Below are positions 61,116 through 64,000 of a DNA stretch of 64,000 bases, piece after piece (the stretch's first letter is position 1; each line of letters begins with the position of its first letter). The position numbers and the translations under genes were made by a program. Source of the DNA: Blastocatellia bacterium (GTDB lineage: Bacteria > Acidobacteriota > Blastocatellia > UBA7656); contig CAVXWP010000004.1 of NCBI GenBank assembly GCA_963765495.1, forward strand, positions 256,001-320,000, written 5' to 3'. Under the pieces are notes generated by a model. That model saw nothing but the letters and a program-made list of their open reading frames with translations, did no database searches and was not told the origin of the DNA.

Positions 61116-62069
61116 ATGACAGTGCAGACTCCCGTCACGCTCTCTTCCCACGCAATGGCGACTCGCTTCGAGCTTGTCCTCTACGGTGACGACCCGGCGC
61201 GACTGCGCGGCGCGGGCGAAGAAGCCCTTCGCGAAATAGAACGTCTCGAAGCGCAACTCAGTTTCTATCTCGCCGACAGCGAAATAAGATGGATCAATAC
61301 TCACGCCTCAACCGGCCCTGTCAAAATCGAGCCGCGATTGTTCAGATTGCTAAAAGATTGCGCCCGACTTACAGGGCTGACCGATGGAGCCTTTGACATC
61401 ACGGTTGGCCCTCTTATGAGGGCATGGCGATTCGTGAATGAGACGGGCAGGCGGCCCGAAGCCTTAGAATTGCAAACCGCGAGATCGGTTGTAGGGATAG
61501 ATCACATCCGATTTGATGAAGATAATTTCACGCTGGAATTTGACCGACCCGGTGTGGAAATTGATCTGGGCGCTTACGGCAAGGGCTATGCAATCGAACG
61601 CGCCATCGAGATACTGAGGGAGGCGGGTGTGGCAAGCGCGCTGATGCACGGAGGGACAAGCTCGGTCTCCACAATAGGCGCGCCGCCCGGGAGTAAGGCT
61701 TGGCGCATAAGTTTGAGCGCGCCGCTGGTATCAGACGACAGGGCAGAGATAATCAGCCTTGTCGATAACTCTCTTTCGGTTTCTGCCGTACATGGAAGGT
61801 CCTTTACGGCAGAAGGGCAAACTTTTGGTCACGTCATCGACCCCGGGACCGGAGAGTCTACAAGCCACGCGGTTGCCGCTGCGGCCGTTGGAGCTTCGGC
61901 CCCCGTTTGTGAAGCGGTTTCAACATCGCTTCTGGTGTCAGGGCCGGGATGGCTCTCGACGATGAAAGAGCGATTCCCCGGCTACGGCGCGGTCATAGCT
62001 TTTGCAAATGAAAGGGGCGAAATCGAAATTGTTCACGTCGAGCCGGATCAATTGCCGCTACTCGATTAA
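61116..62069 (+). CDS. apbE: FAD:protein FMN transferase
   Basis: AMAT, TDGAFDITVGPL, DLGAYGKGYA and HVIDPGTG; no signal peptide from ATG 61116. Confidence 0.92.
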   Translation: MTVQTPVTLSSHAMATRFELVLYGDDPARLRGAGEEALREIERLEAQLSFYLADSEIRWINTHASTGPVKIEPRLFRLLKDCARLTGLTDGAFDITVGPLMRAWRFVNETGRRPEALELQTARSVVGIDHIRFDEDNFTLEFDRPGVEIDLGAYGKGYAIERAIEILREAGVASALMHGGTSSVSTIGAPPGSKAWRISLSAPLVSDDRAEIISLVDNSLSVSAVHGRSFTAEGQTFGHVIDPGTGESTSHAVAAAAVGASAPVCEAVSTSLLVSGPGWLSTMKERFPGYGAVIAFANERGEIEIVHVEPDQLPLLD

Positions 62070-62313
62070 GCTTAAGGATAAAACGGCGAGCCCGATTTTG
62101 CAGACGGGCAGATAAACAAGCATCGCGTAAAGATATCCTCTTATCAGGTTAATATTTCTTCCAATATTTGCCTTCAGGGTGCGATTAATAGACTCTTGCG
62201 CGGGTCAGGTTTTCACACTACAATGTGGACGTACTGCCCCTGTTGCCCGCCACAACAACCTTAGTTAGTGGCTACCGCTCCCTGTAGACCACGGCAAGTT
62301 CAGGGTAGCATTC

Positions 62314-63948
62314 GTGCAAGGACAACTAGGCGACAGATACATAGCGGACCTCATACGCGAGCTTTATAATAAGAAAGCGAGCGGATTGCTGCGGCTGTCC
62401 CGTGGTAAGACCATCAAGGCCATCTTCTTCGAAGCGGGCGCGCCCGTATTCGCCATAAGCAATCTGGCCAACGAACAACTTGAATACAAGCTTGTCAAGG
62501 ACGGCGTGGCCACACCGGAACAAATCGAGCAGTCAAAAGCCCAGGCAGAAAAGGCAAACCGGCTTGGATCGGTGCTGGTCGAGATGGGGTTACTCTCTAC
62601 CGAAGAGATGCACAACATAGTGCGCAGGCTGTGCATATCCATAACTCTCTCGCTCTTTGAATGGGAGGAAGGCGAATACATATTCGACGAGCGAATGCGG
62701 GCCGTGCACGATGTGACTCTCAAGACCGGTGTGCAAGACATACTGCTTGAAGGCGCTCGGCGTTCTGCGGGAATAGAGCGGATTGCAACCAACATCGCGC
62801 CGATAGATAGAGTCATCGTTCGTGTAAAACAGGGCGCAACCCCCGCCAATTCAGGCAAGCTCATACCTCTGGAAAGCTATATCCTGTCTCGCATCGAAAA
62901 ACCTACGCCGATAAGCGAGGTGAGCATGTTGAGCGGGCTCAGCGAAAAAGAGTCTCATCGCGCTGTGATTGCGCTGATCGCCGCTGGATTTCTGAAACTG
63001 GACGGCGATGAACAAGAGGTGAAGGAAGAAGAAGAGCCGGATGCCGAGGTTCAGGAGTCGGTGGATGATTTGCGCAGGGAAGTATCGCGCAAGCTTCACT
63101 TCTTTGAGTCAGCCGATTTCTATGAAATGCTCTCCATAACCCGGCATTCGAGTTCCAAAGAGATCAAGGCAGCATATTATCAACTTGCCAAGAAGTTCCA
63201 TCCCGACAGGTATCGCCAGCTTGATGACAAGAATTTGCAAAGTAAGCTCGAGGCCATGTTCTCAAAGGTTACACAGGCATACGAAACCTTGAGCCTGCCT
63301 GCACAGCGCGCCGCCTACGATGAGCGCATAAAATCATCAAATGGAAACTCAGGCGACCTGCCACTGGCTGCCCCGATATCAGCTCCACCATCCGAGCGAT
63401 ACACGACGTCTGCCCTCAGGCACTCGGCCCCGTTGCCGATGCCTGAAATAACCGAGCAGCAGCAGCCACAGCCCGCCGCAAGTGTCAGCGAAGAGATCCC
63501 CGCTCCGGAGCAAGGCCCACCCCCTGCTCAGAACGCGGAGCACCTGTATCAGCAGGGCCGGGCGCGATATGACAGGAAAGAGTTCCACGCCGCCGTGCAT
63601 CTGCTGCGCGAGGCGATCAAGGCTGATTCGAGCAAACCGCACTATCATTATCATCTCGGCGTAGCTCTTATCCGTAATCCGCGCACACGGCGAGAGGCGG
63701 AGCAACATCTGATGAAGGCCGCCGAGCTCGATCCGTATAATGCAAAGATCAGATTAAAACTGGCCGTCCTTTATAAAGAAGTGGGTATGCCAAAGAGAGC
63801 AGATCATTACTTCCGTGAAACACTCTCACTCGATCCCGATAATCGCGTGGCGATGCGAGAATTGAACATGGACAAAAAAGATGAAGCCGCCGGCAGCATC
63901 TGGAAAGCCGATCTCGGCACGATAGCCAAACGGCTATTCAAGAGATGA
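62314..63948 (+). CDS. DUF4388 + J-domain + TPR protein
   Basis: SGLLRL..IFFEAG, LFEWEEGEY; DFYEML..AKKFHPD; C-terminal TPRs. Confidence 0.88.
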   Translation: MQGQLGDRYIADLIRELYNKKASGLLRLSRGKTIKAIFFEAGAPVFAISNLANEQLEYKLVKDGVATPEQIEQSKAQAEKANRLGSVLVEMGLLSTEEMHNIVRRLCISITLSLFEWEEGEYIFDERMRAVHDVTLKTGVQDILLEGARRSAGIERIATNIAPIDRVIVRVKQGATPANSGKLIPLESYILSRIEKPTPISEVSMLSGLSEKESHRAVIALIAAGFLKLDGDEQEVKEEEEPDAEVQESVDDLRREVSRKLHFFESADFYEMLSITRHSSSKEIKAAYYQLAKKFHPDRYRQLDDKNLQSKLEAMFSKVTQAYETLSLPAQRAAYDERIKSSNGNSGDLPLAAPISAPPSERYTTSALRHSAPLPMPEITEQQQPQPAASVSEEIPAPEQGPPPAQNAEHLYQQGRARYDRKEFHAAVHLLREAIKADSSKPHYHYHLGVALIRNPRTRREAEQHLMKAAELDPYNAKIRLKLAVLYKEVGMPKRADHYFRETLSLDPDNRVAMRELNMDKKDEAAGSIWKADLGTIAKRLFKR

Positions 63949-63951
63949 GAA

Positions 63952-64000
63952 GTGATGCGTGATGCGTGATGCGTGACTTCCAGGCAATTACCTGTTGATA
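63952..64000. repeat. Heptamer-armed palindrome, left half (truncated by window edge)
   Basis: GTGATGC x3 plus GTGACTTCCAGGCAATTACCTGTTGATA, nearly the reverse complement of 43028-43053. Confidence 0.88.

Overview
A 64 kb stretch of bacterial chromosome, mostly housekeeping genes. The gene repertoire and protein styles suggest Acidobacteriota, probably Blastocatellia-like (inference). No rRNA, tRNA, CRISPR array, transposase or integrase is visible. Core genes include a fused nuoBCD that runs off the left edge and is missing from the ORF track, plus rarA, cstA, def, guaA, rsmG, serS, pgeF, miaB, ileS-(vapBC)-lspA-lgt-rluD and apbE. The most notable signals are: (1) a ~210 nt ORF-free, rod-shaped RNA candidate between rsmG and serS, with a consensus sigma54 promoter, a U-tract end and GGA motifs in its loops; (2) two more sigma54 promoters, in front of small or repetitive genes; (3) a 193 bp MITE with CAGGG-ended 15 bp TIRs and a perfect 10 bp target duplication, carrying a REP-like palindrome, with four partial relatives; (4) several families of intergenic palindromes whose arms are built of 7-9 nt tandem repeats, one with a conserved core in at least four copies; (5) a compact Lol-like operon with a possible LolB substitute; (6) a Nudix-MBL fusion coupled to a stand-alone Pnkp-type kinase; (7) a serine hydrolase-amidohydrolase fusion; (8) a frameshifted FecR/DUF6600 gene; (9) a solo phage-type ssDNA-annealing gene after guaA; (10) a Deinococcota-like MiaB. 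All family assignments come from motif recognition by eye, with no database searches.
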